A stretch of DNA of 59,067 nucleotides, the filler included, from Platydemus manokwari (lineage: Eukaryota): NCBI GenBank assembly GCA_037951405.1. It is 5 parts of 5 records of this genome, joined end to end, with 100 filler letters (N's around TTAATTAATTAA, not from the genome) between each part and the next. Parts side by side here need not be neighbours in the genome. Positions count along the whole stretch, not along the records: positions 21,870 to 35,687 come from JBBMOY011610296.1; positions 35,788 to 47,760 come from JBBMOY010370001.1; 3 more parts are not named here. One strand, given 5' to 3'. The translations under genes were made by a program, and so were the position numbers. This document shows positions 24,272 through 38,597 of the stretch, in pieces. Within the stretch, counting starts at the first letter, position 1; every line of letters starts with the position of its first letter. The notes below the pieces were generated by a model that was not told the DNA's origin, did not search any database, and worked only from the letters and a program-made list of their open reading frames with translations.

Positions 24272-25929
24272 ATCTGAAATTCAGAAAAATTATTTAAACA
24301 AAATTAATTAATTTATATTTAAAATTACTTAAGATCATTTTGAAGCAAATAATATTTATTGAAAAGTAAAATTAGTATGTAAGTATTCTACGCTTTATTT
24401 AAGAGTAGAAATTTTCGAATAAGTCTAATTTTCAGTTGCTTAGTATTTTCATATTTATTTCTATATTTACAAATTTATGTAATAGTTAAAATTTAAATTT
24501 TGTGTCATATTTTCGAGAAAAGAAATCTTAACTTAACTATTAGCATTTCATAATAGAATGAATTGGGTTTTTCAACATTCTAAGTCTTTTAGAAATTCGT
24601 GAATCTGAGTCCTGATTAATCAATAAAAACTCTAGTCCTATTTGAGTAAAATTATTATTACCAATAAATTTACATTATTTTAAAATGACTTCTCAGATAT
24701 TTCTAGTGTTTTAGAAATATTTTTTGTGATTTATTTAAATTATTTAATTAATCTTAAATAGATTTGTGAAAGTATTTACCTTGATAATTTTATTAAGCAA
24801 ATTTTAATCGTAGCATATGTTGTGCTTTGTAATTGTTGACATTGTTCAAGTTAATTATTAATAAAGGCTTGTTGAAATGATCATTAAAAATATTTCCTTT
24901 TTTTGATTTATCGTTATTGACATTTATTTCGTTATTTTCGTATAGGAATTATAATTTATTTACTATTTTGCAAGAGTTTGTATTTTTTCAAAATGTTTTT
25001 ACTAAATTTTATTTAATTAACTTTTTATTTAAATTTAAATTATTTATTTATTATATTTTTAGAATGCTATGCATCAAATTTCAAATTTATTTTTAACATA
25101 GTTTTCATCGATTTTATTATTAGTAATTGTACCTTAAAATCACATCATTTAATATGCATTTTTTAAATTGGAGTGTATTACACGTTTGGTGTTTTTGTTT
25201 TATAATGTTATGAATAGAAGCTTTTGAAACTATCTTATTATTTTTTGATGTCTGGATTTTGATACCACATTAATAACTCAATCATTCATTTTCTAAAGAC
25301 AAAATGTCATCACTCTTCATTTCTATTTTCATTTTTAACTCTTAATTTCCATTAATGCTCACTGCAGTCACTCCCAAATTACTTCTCACTTCAATCCAGT
25401 TAAATTAAATATTAAGTTATTGCTAAATTTAATGAAAAAATAAGTAAATAATAATAGTAAACATATTATTAATAAAATAAAAAAATAAATAGTGAATAAA
25501 TCTAAAGAAAAATAAAAATAGTCTTTCAATGAATATTAACGAATAAAAGAGAAATTAACAAACATATGTGGAAACTCATTTGTGAAATCTAATGAAAAAA
25601 TCAGTAAACATGATTTTGAAAAATCAATTGTCGGGCATTAAATAGAAGCTAAGGAAAGCGTCTCGTTTAGGAAAGACTCACAAAATGTGAAAAAAATACG
25701 AGAAATAGAAAAGAAAATTCCAACGGATTAGTTAAACAACAAATACACTCACGCACAGAGGTGCTTAATCAGATGTATTATGATAGTCAGTCTCCAACAT
25801 TTAATTTTGGCAATCCAGTCGCACAAACTGCTTGCAGCATTAAAACAACAATTAGATCGGCTATTGTTTTGGCTTAAATTAATTTGTTTCCTTTTTTATC
25901 AGGTTAATTATTTTAAATTCCAGTACCTA

Positions 25930-26612
25930 TTGCAAATCCATTTGTAATTCGATCTGTCAACTATAGAAGAATCTCATATAAGATAACAACAATTGTCACA
26001 TTGGTAACCCTGATTCAAAATTTTACATGCTTACAAACATATGCAGTCATAATTTTCGTCCAATCAGAATTAGCATAAAGTAAAGCTTTCGATTTGCGAA
26101 ATACATAGTTAGACAATGAATATAGTTACAGTTATGGATATAGACATAGTCATTTATGTAGTGACCAATCCAGCACCATCTGGAATCATAAAAAGCTAAA
26201 TATCCAAAAACATGCGACATATTCAAAATTTTGATTATAAATTTCACAGATAACATAATCTATTGTCAGTTGAACCATACAGAAGTTAAGTTTCATTTTC
26301 TTTTTGATATTTATGTGATAGGGAGTTGCACTTGTATCGATTGATAAACATTGTATTATCATTTCTATATTTAATATTCACCGGACACGTTCGTTTGTAA
26401 CTAATGATTTTCATATTTGCGAATCCTAAGTGTTTGTTAATAATTAATATTTTAAAAATAATTTGCAATGGAACTTTCGACTGCTGCTAAATAGATAATT
26501 AAAATTATTTACAATTCATATTGACATTTATTGTGCATTCGTGCTCAGAAACTAAATTGTAAAACCCATAAAATAGTAACAATATTAACATTGTTTTACT
26601 ACGATTGATTCA
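25930..26612 (-). pseudogene. possible degenerate multi-exon secreted/surface protein with a C-type-lectin-like segment
   Basis: Hydrophobic leader-like start; short GT-AG intron candidates; SRWCWIGHYINDYVYIHNCNYIHCLTMYF then frameshifted DWTKIMTAYVCK; stops and frameshifts. Confidence 0.3.
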
Positions 26613-28869
26613 TATTGTGGAGTCTCGAACAAGTTTTGAAATAGATTGTAAAATTCATAAATTATTAATTACGGAAAATTTATTAAAGATTTAAAAAGAA
26701 GGCATTTGTTTTTTAAGATTTTCAAATTGCCTTTTTTGGTTTTGTCTTAGTGTTTTTGTCTGGAAAACCATCCACAGAATACCCAACTGAAACCTGAATC
26801 TTAAATAATACTTGTACATGTGCCATAACTATTGGGATGCGGTCAAATCAAATAACCAATAACCCAAATAGATGATTTCAATTGCCATAAAATGTACAGC
26901 GGATATTCCGATTTTAAGTTATCTGATTCCTTGATTGACAATTCTTTAATAGCAATTTGATTTTTGATTCTTCGATATCAATCACTGTCATTACTGTTTT
27001 ATTCTTATGATTGAAATAATTTTGTCATATTTGATTACATATTGATTGATGCATTTAATTGATTATTTGTGTTTATTACTATTATTTTCAATTGTGTTTA
27101 TGTAAGTGAAGAGAAGAAATAATGTTAACAAGGAAATAATTTAAAATAAATAGATACAAGGAGTAAATAATTATTAAGGATAAGTTAATAAATATAATTA
27201 AGAAAAGTATAATATTGAATAACAAAGAAAAGAATGCATTTAGTTAAGATGACCACCTACGAGATTGGTCAGTATAAATAATTGATCAAAAAATTGATCA
27301 CCACAAAGAGAATTTTTAGTTATAACCGAAAGTCTTGATTGGATTTATTATAGAAGTGAAATCTACATTCTTATATCGATCAATAAGCCACATGTTTCCA
27401 ACAATCACAGAAAAATTGAGAAGAATCAATATTATCAATTTTCGAGGATTTTCGAGGGAGTTTACCAGCCATACGGATTTATTCGCATATCAACTTGAAC
27501 GGAGATTGTTATAATATTTTTCTTTTAATTGCATGATCAACAACTCAGTAATTAAACATATTAATTAATTTTTAGTTAATTTTTCAAAATTCTTTGTTGT
27601 CAACGTATTTCTACCCTTTTATCCGTCCGATTTCGGAATACCAGTAATCCACTTTCGTGATGTAAAGGACATTGAGCAAAAATTGTTTATGTTTGTTATT
27701 TTCCACTAATATTTGTTTTGTTAACTGTGACTTTTCCATAAATTCATTTATACCAATTTAGCATTTAATATTGCATGCAACTATAAGAATTCGATAATAA
27801 TAATTGTCAAATTGATAAGTAATAATTTAAATTTAATTCATTCCGCTATAATCAGTAAACATTTTATTCAGTCAAATAACATAATATCATTATCATTTAA
27901 TAAAACTTCTAGACTTTTAGATAAGCAGTTATTATTTTTCTCCCAATCGAAGCCCTTTAAGACCAGCCAAACAAACAAATTAAAATCCAATAATCATTTA
28001 ATAGTTTAATTAGGGTTTGTTCAGTCAAAAAGGATGGCAAAGCTAATGACAGAGACATGGCATGAACAGGCAATAGTTGAAATTACTTTGTGCTAAACAA
28101 CAAAAATCAAAGGCATAATTTGATAAAAACTCAAGAATTTTAAAACGAAAATGATTAGGAAACGAAAGACAAACATAATTCAGCTACAAAGGTAATTTCT
28201 CAGTTAGTCTCTCGCACAATTTTTTTTCGGACAAGATCCCCAGTCAACTCACATTTGAAAATCGATTATTATTCACCTTATTTCAATTTCCACAAAAATT
28301 TCCATACTTGTATCTGATTGACGATTCGATAAAAAGCAAGTAATTTTCAGAAATCAGAAAATTTGAATTATTGATCTCTTACCTTGAGATAGTAACATAA
28401 AGTAATTTTTTTTTCACTTCATGCTAATCAGAATCTTTACTTATTAATTAACCTGCCTTAGCATTTACAAATACAATATGCAATCAATTTCTTTACATTT
28501 GAGAAATATTTATTTAAAATATTTTATAGAATCCCCTTTTGGAGATCAATACAATATGAGTAAGAACAAAGTTAAAATGATTTAGCCTGATTCAGAATTG
28601 AACTGCTTGAAAAGTAATTTGCAAAGATATTTTATATAATCATTTATTATTGTTAATCACTACGTTACGATGATGATGTGAATTTAAATTTTTAAATCCA
28701 TGGTTTCCTATTGAATTGTCATGGCAAAGGGAATGAATTATTATGAATAATTGTGAAAAATCAGAATTTTATATTGTAATTATTAACAGTCAGAATCAAT
28801 CTACAGTTGGAAACAGGTACTTTATCACTACGATATCTTATATCAATATTCGTGTTATCGTTTTCAAAT

Positions 28870-29310
28870 AATAATGCTGAAATGATCATTACTCTGTTTT
28901 GATCATGACAAATGTAACCAATTTATAAAACCTAGGCATGATTTGAAATTTTGTTGGATACGGAACTCCACCTTAATTATAATAATTATCATCAACAAAA
29001 GGTTCGAGATTCACAGACTCGATAAGCGCTCGTGCCAATAGGCGATCAGGTGCATCTAAAATGTCAATCCATAAATAGAATTCGATCATCAATTTGCACA
29101 CATAAACAACATTCAACAAAAGCCAAGATAAGTCAATGGCACGAGAGTTAGAATTTTTGTCGGTAATTTTTATCTGGCTTAGTCTTTTGTGTGATTATTC
29201 TAATGACCAATCTTTTATGGTCATTGTTTCTGTTTTATCTTTCGGTTTGGAATAGATTATTGGAATTACTACTGTGATTGCGGTTTTGGATCATGATTAT
29301 TTGACGATTT
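28870..29310 (+). pseudogene. possible degenerate lectin/sushi-like membrane protein fragment
   Basis: DKCNQFIKPRHDLKFCWIRN; VPIGDQVHLKCQSINRIRSSICTHK..SQWHES*NFC (CCP-like Cys/Trp spacing, 29032-29160); downstream hydrophobic IIGITTVIAVL. Confidence 0.35.
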
Positions 29311-31182
29311 GATTTAACTTGTAATAATGTGATTGATAATGAAAATTTAACATTCAGAGTTTTCAAACACTCATAAAAATATAAATGAGTATAAAATTAT
29401 TATAAAAGTAATTTCTAATTAAGCGATTTTAAATAATCAATAGAAGGAAAGTATTCATAATTCACTCTACGGCGAATACAAGACTGTGTGTGAATACAAA
29501 ACCAGTGAGAAAATCAATACATTTTATTACTTATATAAACGATTTCATTATTTTGTACGAAAAAGAATTGAATATTAAACGAAATTTAAAACTTGTTTAC
29601 AATTGGTTAGTCAAGAAAATCTCTAATCTTTTACAAAGATCCTGCTCAAATTCTGCGATGGCAAAGTGGCATTAATTATATTTTATCATCATATCTAGCG
29701 ATACATTTTATTGCTATCACAATCATAATTAAATATTTTGGCCTGAAATCAGTTCAGATAAACTAAAAATAGTATCTAAATTTATATCAAAATTAGAGTT
29801 AACAAATGCTTACGGGAATCCTATTCCTAAAAGCCTTCAAGTCTCTAGTGATACTACAGGTTACTTACGATCATTTAGATAAGAACCATTTCCTCTAAAG
29901 TCTGTTCAATCGGATTAGAGCCACAAACAATAGAATCATAATTAATAAATTATCTTTTAGCCCGGTTATTTGTTTCCAATTTATCAGTATTTAATTTAAC
30001 AATTGATTGTTTCGAAACATTATTGTATTCATATTATTTATTTATTCATTTTAATTTATAAATCAAAGTGTTATAGCTTCATCGAGTGCCAACATCGGAG
30101 CTGGATAAAAAAATAATAATCAAATTTTTTTATTGTAATATTTTTACAAATAGTTCATTTATACTTCAAACTTTGAACATTTTCTTGTCTAATTTTTCTT
30201 GCCATTTTTGTTGAGCTTATTTATATTCTTAAACAAACTTTAAACAAAACACCATAAGATTGTTTATTTTTATGTAAGAGAGAAAAAAGAAGATATTTCG
30301 ACAAAATAATAATAGTAAAAATAAAATAAATATAATAATTAATAAAAATACTAGTACATAAAAGTACACAAGGAAAATAGACCATATTAAAAAAATACAC
30401 GAATAGAAATAAACATATTTAAAAAATACATGAATAAAAATAAAATATATTTCAAAAATGCATGAATAAGCATGCGGAGAATGTAAAATTATTAGCAACC
30501 ATTCTGGAAAATAAATGGGATTATCAATTGCCCGAGAAATGAGAAATATAAATAGGTCATCAACAAACAGCAGAACTCCATTGTGAAAAGTCTTTTGAAA
30601 CACAACGTTAAAAAAACCAGAACTTGGAAACACAATTTTGAAAAACACTCTTGGGAACAAATGTAATTTGGAACACAAGAATCAAACCATAATTAATTCG
30701 CGAACGGGAAGATACATTGAAATTATTATATCACGGGTTATCGTTAAGAATTATTTACCCAAAAACTTATTTGAGAGGAGTAAGAATATTTTTTTATTGT
30801 CTAATTCATATATAATTTTATTAACAACCTTTAATTTAATATTTAACGACATATTTTGTCGAAATTAATTCTTCTTTAAAATTTCCCCAGTGCTCCGTCC
30901 TCTTTGGATTGTTTAACTACTGGCTTTCGCGACATGTTGAGTATTACAGACAATTTTTTGTGTTCATTTTTCAAACTGTGTTGTTTTTTATTTCGTAAGT
31001 AAAGTTTTGTAATAAATACCGTCTTGTAATTGACTTAAAGTGAACCTATTTGAGTATCGAATAATATTTAACTATAACCGGTTAATAAATATTTTAAATT
31101 TATCTAATTTATATTCAGTTATTTCATTAATATTTTAAAGCATTAAAATAAAATCTAAAAGCAATTCCTCAGCTTTAGCAAT

Positions 31183-31266
31183 CTTTAGATAAATTCAGTG
31201 GTAAAAATATTGCCAATAGTGTGGTCCTCATACCTGTTATTGAAGCCTCTTAGAATAAGTGATAAA
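31183..31266 (+). repeat. dispersed repeat family A, diverged partial copy
   Basis: CTTTAGATA..TTGCCAATAGTGTGGTCCTCATACCTGTTATTGAAGCCTCTTAG matches the copies at 35790 and 38475. Confidence 0.8.
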
Positions 31267-32929
31267 CTAAAGCTAGGACTTAATATTTATTTTATAACTA
31301 ATTGGCAAAGGAAAGCAAATCAGACAATAAACCAAAATAAACAATAAAAAGAATTTGATTTAATATTTATTTTCAATAATATTTTAAAAAATTAAGCTTT
31401 TACCACAGAACTTGTTACAGTGATATAAAATGAAAGACATCTTAATTAATCGATTCATTTAATGATTTATTTCTAAATAGTTCCGAATATAAAATATAAC
31501 AGAAATTCTTGCTTTATCATATTAGTACTATTATGGAGTCATTGATCATCATTACTTGTTGTCTTGTAAGTACCTCATTTATGTAATAATAAAATGTTAT
31601 TTAGAATAATATTCTATCGGCAATATTTTACATTGGAAAATAATCCATACTCAATTTTAAGAAGAAATGTTAATCTATCTTCAAGTGTATTTTGTAAATT
31701 ATGTATGTTCTTTTCCATCAATACAACAAATCAAATTTAGCCACATTATTGAAATAGATGTCATACATCTTAAAAGTTGTTTAGTTAGATTAAACTAATT
31801 ACCGAATAAATAATTTGCAACGGTGTGTAATCTGGCGAATTGTGAGTGTTGTATTGTGATTATATGCAATATTGATGAATGGAAAATTTATACATGGAGA
31901 TAATTAGTAATTTGGTTGTCTTTGAAATTTGGAATTAGTTCGATAGTGTTTGTAAATAATAATATATCGTTCCTTTCCGAAATATTGTTTATTATTATAT
32001 TTAGAATTTTTGATGATGTCAACTAGCAAGGATTTTTATTTTAGGAAATATAGACTGAATGGTAATCAAACAGAATAATGAAAACAAATGAAATAATTAG
32101 TTTATTAAATAACTTTATAAATTAAATAAATTATAATTAGTTAAATATTTTAAAATTATAATAAAAAAATTATAATAAATAAAAAAAATTATTAATAAAT
32201 TATAACTAAAATTAATTATAAATTACATAATAATAATTAAACTATAAATTTAACAGAATTATTAATATATTTATTTAATTACAAAATTAATTAAGAACCA
32301 TTTATTTCATTTTATTGCCTTTTCAGCGGAAAATAAAACACGGTTGATAAAAGAATAAAAAACTAATTGATATTAGAACCCATTTAATAGATTTTATTGA
32401 AATAAAAAAAATCAGATTTATTTCGACCATTTTTAATTTCTTTGCTCATAGTGAGTGTCAAACAAAAGGTAAATTATAGTCAACAAGAACTGTCATTGAT
32501 TTGGGGATTATCCACATAAATAAATACAATATAAACCCTCGGTGAATCTTATTACGGAGTCATAATGAGACACATACACACACCTATACACACATTTGTA
32601 TCAACATAAGTAGTGAATTGTGTTGAAATGAAGATGAGTCGATAAATGGGTAACATATGGTCGCTGGTAACATATTGGAAATTTAGTAGAGCTGAATTGA
32701 AGTGCAATTTAATTCTTGGAAGTAGTAGATTTCATAGAATACTCAAATATCAATTATGAACAAACTGAAATAGAGTAAAAAACATTTAGAAACATTAAAA
32801 AAACGCACAATAGCTATTATTATCGAACTGATTGGAATGAATATTTTTTTGGAGGATTTTTTGGAAAATTTATGCGATAAAAAATTTTCTTTGATTGACA
32901 TTTTTTCATATGTTTTATAAAATAAAAAA

Positions 32930-33923
32930 ATGATTGGATGACATGTGTAAACATGATCTTTCTTCTTTTGTAATGAGCCGTACATGCCGCTGTGCAATCT
33001 TGTATTTATGTATGTAGTGACAATGATTTCCGGCTACCGGAGGTTAGTATGAAAGTTAACCGGTACTTTATATGACCATTGTTTTTCAGCGGCACAACTT
33101 TGTCAATATAGTGTCGTGATATATCAAATTTGCTTTTTCATATCCAGACCTACATGACAGCGGCGTCACACATACCTCAGACCATATTGAACATAATTTT
33201 TTTTATGAACGAAATGTATCTGAGAGACATTTGTATTTTTTCTGGTGTTACAAATCCACATTTCATGAAATGGATCGATGACGGTTGTTCTCATATTATC
33301 ACTTTCCTTGGTGAGCTGGAGATACATTGAGAGTACATAATCAGTTTTGTTTTTGCTAAAGATATCATCTAAGTAACACAAATATCTTGTGTTTTACAAT
33401 CGTTTTATTGATTCAACTACTGTCGAATAAGATTGTAAATAAAAAAGAAAACCATCGAAATTATTGAATCCCATTCCATCAACATGTCCAATATTCACTC
33501 ATTCTATTGTTCCTTTTCAATATACTGATCTGGAAAATTTTCTGCAATACTCATTCTTAGAAAGATCAAGAATATCGAGGATATTATTATTTGGATGACA
33601 AGCTTTATGATCATCATTGGTAGGAAATAAAACATTACACACACACATAATTTTATTAGCAAATATTTTTATCGATATTAGACTGGTCAAAATTATTTCC
33701 TCTATAATTCGTAGAGGATTGAATATCAAATGAAATGTACTGTTATTGTAATAAGATAATTCTTATATTCAATACAGAAAATATCTACGAAAATAAATGC
33801 CGCCTCATTGGTCAAGTTAAAATAGGATTCCTGTCGCATCTTTTTCCTGTTTGAAGACGCCTTTGAAGATACGCAAATAATGAGATTAAGCACTGATAAA
33901 ATGTTTGCTGATAGAAAATTCAT
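32930..33923 (-). pseudogene. possible degenerate cysteine-containing secreted protein
   Basis: Chain of collinear short minus-strand ORFs starting with signal-peptide-like MNFLSANILSVLNLIICVSS; family not recognised. Confidence 0.25.
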
Positions 33924-35610
33924 TATTTACTTTTATGATTTAATTCGTAACTCTAGTAACATGGCATTTCAATGATTTCAAATTGGTATAATATTATAGA
34001 GTCGTTATGTGTTTGTAGATGAATCTGTTGATAGAAAAGAAGTGTTAAAATGGTTACATTTTGGTAGCAGAGGAAAAGAAATATATAAGGTCAATAGAGG
34101 ATAACCAAAATCTAAGATTGAATAGAAGTTCGTTAATAAATCGGCTTTGACAGATATTCTGATACAAAACCTAAATGCATTCAAAATGTATGCTCAAGTT
34201 ATACTTGTTAGTTCATAGGATGTAAGCAGCAGTTGGTTTCAAACTTTGCGGATTATTGACGAATAGAAAGGCGTAAAATCTATGAACTAACTGATTGTAT
34301 TAAAATATGAAGTTAAAGAAGTGTTTTTATTTTTGTAGATTATGAAGAGGAAAGATTTTAGTTGCAGATAAATGACTGAAAATCTTGGTCTTAGAGTTCC
34401 ACATAAAGAAGCACCAATCGCACTGCCATCAGATTCATTTCTATTTCGATCGGCCTCAGTATATTCTGAAGAATTACATCCTACTTGAACATTCAACTGA
34501 AATTCAAAGTCAAACAATCGTCGAAATCAGTCTTGGATGAAAGATTCTGTTTTCTTAAATCAATATATACATTAAAAAAACCACCAATTAAAGCAGAATC
34601 ACACAACAGAAAGATATAGCACATTAAAATAGCACAAGCTTGATTTCTGTTACGATAAAATAAACGAATTCAAGCAGAATTTTTAGAAATTTTAATTCGT
34701 CACCTCTTTGTCTGTTATATTTTAAACATCCGGGTTGTGTCATTTGGGTGTAGGATTAAAGTATTTTGTCAGTTGTCAAGACAACCAACATTTATGTCAT
34801 CATAAGAGGATATTGATTAGCAATTTTTAATATTTTTCACATTTTTAACATGAAATAATGGACTTGTTTTTATCACAAAAAATAAGTGTAGATGGATAAC
34901 CGATTAGAACGTTTTAAATTCATGTTTTTCGAATAAAAATATGATGATATTCAAATATAATGACACAATGAACTAACATTTGCAAACCTCTGTTTGATAA
35001 GATTTTCCAACAGGGTAAAATATTTAGTTAAATATTGAAATCGACAAACCCGTAATTGGAAAACAACGATATGTGTTTCATTTCATTGGAGATTTGGACA
35101 TCTGTTGAAATGTGAAGAGGAATAATAAAGAAAGAAGTACAATTCAAAAGAAACTGTCGAATTAAAATGTGAGACGAATTCTCGAGAAATTTAATCGAAA
35201 ATTATCCAAATCTAACCCATTTTCAGGTAGAAACAGTTTCGAATATTTAATTGAAACAAAATGTAGACAGAAATTCAATTGTTAGGTATTCTAATAACTT
35301 ACAATCGAACAATAATATCTTTGCTCAAAATTTTTAAAAAAATATTCCGACAATTAGAAAAGCTCTTTCCGGACTCAGAAAGATTACTGGGAATATTTGA
35401 ATTTCCTCCTACAGTGAAAGAAACCAATAGAAAAACTCACAAGAAAAATTTAGGGAAAGCAAATGAAGAGATGTATGTTTTAAAATATTACCGCAATACA
35501 TTATTATTTTTTAATTAGTTCATTTTGTAGAACCTTTATTTATGGATAATTGTTATATATAGAAGATAATTTTTGTGTTATTAAATCTAGGAATTAAAGG
35601 GCAATCGACA

Positions 35611-35625
35611 TATTATTATTATCAC

Positions 35626-35687
<62 letters not shown>
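35611..35687. repeat. (TTA)n microsatellite at contig end
   Basis: Directly visible, abuts the linker. Confidence 0.95.
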
Positions 35688-35787
35688 NNNNNNNNNNNNN
35701 NNNNNNNNNNNNNNNNNNNNNNNNNNNNNNNTTAATTAATTAANNNNNNNNNNNNNNNNNNNNNNNNNNNNNNNNNNNNNNNNNNNN
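35688..35787. other. assembly linker
   Basis: N44-TTAATTAATTAA-N44. Confidence 0.97.
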
Positions 35788-35789
35788 TA

Positions 35790-35900
35790 CAACGGTGTCA
35801 TCGACAAAGGATTCAGACCTTTAGATAACACTAACATTAATTTTCCAATAGCGTGGTCATCATATCCGTTATTGAAGCCCCTTAGGACCAGAGATAAAAT
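35790..35900 (+). repeat. dispersed repeat family A copy
   Basis: CAACGGTGTCATCG..AAAGGATTCAG..ACCTTTAGATA..CCAATAGCGTGGTCATCA..CCGTTATTGAAGCCCCTTAGGACCAGAGATAAAAT, direct repeat of 38475-38597. Confidence 0.9.
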
Positions 35901-38474
35901 CAAATCCCACAACCAACATATTAATTTAATAAAAGTAAATAGTTAATGAAAAAAGATAAGTTAACAAAAGAAAATAAATTTATTTTATTTAAAATAAAAA
36001 ATAGAGCAGAAAAATAATTTTAAAATTAAATTAAGTGTAAGAAAAATAATTATTAAACAAAAATATGAATAAATAAAGAATTTAAAATTATTATTAGAAA
36101 ATTATGATTTGTTCAGTGTATAAAAATAATTAATAGAAGCCAATTTCTCAGAAAGGAAATTATCCATTAATATCGGGTGATATTAATCTAAATATAGGAG
36201 TTGACTACGCATGTCAACTCCGTAGCAGGAAATTTTGCTGCAAATGCTGCTAGCAAAATACAACTATAAAAGTGGTGGTAATCAGCAGACGATTGCCAGA
36301 ATTTTAGTCAGAACCGAATTTCAGCAGAAAAGAGATTAACAGATCCAGATTCAGTCAGACAATTTTAGCTGACAGAAGGTTTAATCGACTATAACCGAGG
36401 AGTTTTTCATCGAGAATGATCCTTGAGCAATGTTTTCGCAAGCAGAAACTAACAAGAAACAATTTTATCTTGTCGCAAGGGAGCCGACGATTAGGAGCAG
36501 GTTATATTTTATTCATATAGAGTATTTATAGAATATTCGTGGAGTGTTCCTGAATATTGGTATTAGTAGATAAAAGTAGAGCCAATTGTGATATTCATGG
36601 ATAGTGATTCCCAAATATCGGTATTTGTACAAAGTAATTGTGTTGAGCGTCCGTAACCCGTTTACGCACGCTGGTATTCGTAGTATTGGCCAGGAGTAGT
36701 TCCTCGGCAAGTTATTCAGATTTGTGAAGCGGACCAGTTCCATATCTCAATAAACTTGACAGAATTTTATTACGGGCTAGACCCTTGTTCTCTCAACCGA
36801 AAGTTGTATATACTGTTATATAAATATAACTTAATGTGCAACTATGTTTTGATTTTGGAATCAGGTCATTAACGAGAATTTTAGCGCTCTACTCTCCGTA
36901 GACCCAACACTTCTTTTGTTTTTCGTCCGAAGTAAGGCGACACTTAGTTCCTTACGTCGGTTTGTTTTAAACATCTTCAAGGCATAACACTTCCTGATGT
37001 CAATTGCATTGAATTATATAATCGTTAATTTCTAATTTAATAAACGTATATTACTTTGACCTCTCATTCTATTGCTCTAATGTTAATATATTCTAAATCC
37101 ATATTATACCTTTGTTGGGATCCCCACTCATCTCAAACTCACACAATGTACTCATCACAAACTCACAAATTTTAATTAACCCACTCGTCACAAATTATAA
37201 TTCATACACCCTTTACATAGCACACACACCCAATAGGAAACGCATGTACATAACAACTAAGCCTTTAGCTATGGAAGCAGATATTCCAAAGCAGACCCAT
37301 CATTTAGTCCAATCCAAAGTCAATCCAAATTCAAGCTCAAAATGTCAACAACATATTATCCCTATATTCAATTATCATATCGACTTATTAGTGTTTGATA
37401 TAACAATCTATGACTGCTTATCCAATTTTATTATTGCTTGTTATAACAATTTATTATGTCCAACGTTATTATTGTTTGTTATGATAATTTATTATATTTT
37501 TATAATGTATTATTTATTATTGTGAGGGTTATGTATGAATAAAGGAATGAAGGGTGAATGCGGGTGATGAGGGATAACGACAATTAATATAAAATAGAAT
37601 GATAATAGAAAATATTAAGTTATAAAATAACGAGGTTAAATATAAAATGAATAATAAAAGAAAAGAATAAAATAAGAATAAGAACAATTATATAATAAGA
37701 TAAAGTACAAATTTATAATTAATATGAGAAAAATACAATTAAAAAAATCTTAAAAATGTAGACAGTATGTAAATTACTGTCGGTAACAAAAATGTGTTAC
37801 CAAAAATAGTAAGTAGCGTCTGGCTCAGCAAAATATAAATACTGAGTCCAGTACAGACAAAACACACAATTTCAAAAATTCACAACTTCGCAATTGTCAC
37901 AAGTTCGTAATTTTGCAAGCTCACGACAAAACTTTTCGGACGAGGATGTTTTCGATTTGCGCAAAAGAAAGGATTTACAGGAGACACAAGGATTTTTTTG
38001 AGAATCAGGATTTGCAGGATATATTTGCATTGCAAACACAGATATTTTTCGTTTAGTTAAAAGTAAGAAGTATTCTCAACTTGTCGTAACATTGTTTCAT
38101 GCATCATTTAAATTATTTAATAATTTGTGAGTAAATTTTATGATTAAACGACTTAATAATAGATATCATTGTCGAAGTTTCTCTCCATCTCATCGCGCAT
38201 CTTTCCTTCGTCCGCTTTCGGATTTATACTGGCTACTTGCTGAGGCAACGCGCCGGCCAATTTTTGTTGTTTGCAATTTCAAACGTCACTGTTCCTTTTT
38301 GTTTCAATTAATAAATCTTATCAAAACCGTTATTACTTGTTAATCATTAATTACTTGTTAGTCATTAATATCACACCGAAGCGGTTAACATAAAGATAAT
38401 AAAATTTTATTGATAATAATTTATTTATAACTACTCCACGTCGGGAGAATAATCAATCAACTTTTACAGGCCCG

Positions 38475-38597
38475 CAACGGTGTCATCGTCAAAGGATTCA
38501 GTCAGTGTCTGACCTTTAGATAGCACTAACATTAAATTTTGCCAATAGCGTGGTCATCACACCCGTTATTGAAGCCCCTTAGGACCAGAGATAAAAT
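38475..38597 (+). repeat. dispersed repeat family A copy
   Basis: Near-identical to 35790-35900 with a 10-nt insertion. Confidence 0.9.

Noticed and set aside
30229-30678. 149-aa hydrophobic ORF
   Set aside because: F/I/L-rich translation of a low-complexity strand-biased tract with no motif
29958-31084. Possible MITE bounded by TTAGCCCGGTTAT and ATAACCGGTTAA
   Set aside because: Short imperfect inverted match, no TSD and no second copy in the window
37112-37525. 137-aa ORF
   Set aside because: Non-ATG start, compositionally biased, lies in a repeat-like block, no recognisable domain
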